Below, piece after piece: positions 63,130-64,000 of a stretch of 64,000 bases of DNA. Below the pieces are notes generated by a model. The model worked only from the letters and a program-made list of their open reading frames with translations, had not been told where the DNA came from and made no database searches. This DNA is from Flaccisagitta enflata (taxonomy: Eukaryota): the NCBI GenBank assembly GCA_965153355.1, contig OZ231126.1, forward strand, positions 25,668,001 to 25,732,000, written 5' to 3'. The position numbers were made by a program, and so were the translations under genes. Position 1 is the stretch's first letter. The number at the start of each line of letters is the position of its first letter.

Positions 63130-64000
63130 ATCTAATTGTTGCTGTTGTTGTCTGTCAGCGTTGTCGTTAAGCCGGCATATGATATTGCTGTTGCTGTTGT
63201 TGTTGTTGTTGTTGCTGCTGTTGCTGCTTTTGTTGTTGTATTCTGTAAGAAGATTTGGAGTTTCAGCTGCCACCATGGCCACTATAGACTTGATGGTAAC
63301 CGCAATCATCTCCATGCAGCAGTCAGTTGACGCCAATCGGATATTATGTTACCTGGAAGAGAAAAGTGTGAATATTCAGACGCGTTGAATAACATGGTTG
63401 CGCTGAAACAAAAGTTGTTAAACAGTAAAATACCGTTGGCGCTTTTGTTATTGTTCTTTTTACTGTTGTTGTCGTAGTCTGCTGTTTGTTCTGTTAGATG
63501 TTGTTGACGCGTGCTGCTGTTGCTGTTGCTGTTGCTGTTGACCGCTGTTGCTGTTGCTGTTGTTGTTGTTGTTGTTGCTGCTGCTGTTGTTGTTGTTGTC
63601 CAACGTTATTTGTCGCGGTTGTTGCTGGGATGTTCTTATCTGTTGTTGTCTGCGTTTGTTTCTGTTTGGTTGCTTTCTGTTTCCTTGCTGTGTTTGCTGT
63701 TTTTTCTTTTGTTTTTTTTATGTCTTTGCTGTTTGCTTGTTGTTGCTGTTGTCGCTATGCCCGTTGTTTGTTGTCTGTTGTTTGTTGTTTTCGTTGTTTG
63801 TTTGTTGTTGCCAGTCTGTTGCGGTTTGTTGTTGCCATTGCAGATGCTGTTGTCGCTGTCGCTGTTGTTGCCGCCGCTGTTGCTGTTGTTAAGGTTGTTG
63901 CTGTTAAGTTATCGCGGCGGTTGCTGTTGTTGCTGTTTTTGCTTTCGCTTTGTTTTCGCTGCGCTGTTTTCGCTTTTATGCTGTTTTTGTTGCTGCTGTT
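63130..64000. repeat. (TTG/CTG)n-rich low-complexity tracts
   Basis: Visible directly in the sequence. Confidence 0.85.

Overview
Eukaryotic (animal-type) genomic DNA. Positions ~1-28.3 kb and ~59.2-64 kb are non-coding: microsatellites, minisatellites and short interspersed elements. Between ~29.9 and ~59.2 kb lies a divergent Polinton/Maverick (adintovirus-like) endogenous viral element. Its + strand encodes an A32/FtsK-type packaging ATPase, two conserved small Polinton-like genes, an rve DDE integrase, a membrane protein, a minor capsid (penton) protein, several low-complexity proteins, a linker-histone H1-like protein, a major capsid protein and a 1308-aa protein-primed family B DNA polymerase with a Vsr-like nuclease insert. 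The convergent - strand carries a parvovirus NS1/papillomavirus E1-like superfamily 3 helicase gene with a candidate HUH endonuclease motif, and a large C2H2 zinc-finger gene. The ORF track misses the most striking feature: several viral genes are split by phase-consistent GT-AG introns. The ATPase has 1 (through the Walker A loop), the major capsid 7 and the SF3 helicase/Rep 14, while the polymerase, integrase and penton are intronless. The helicase P-loop has a 1-nt frameshift and two in-frame CT-rich tracts. A 2.8-kb TA-flanked foldback transposon and a MITE are nested inside the element. I found no adenain-type protease and no terminal inverted repeats. All protein identifications come from motif recognition by eye, not database searches.
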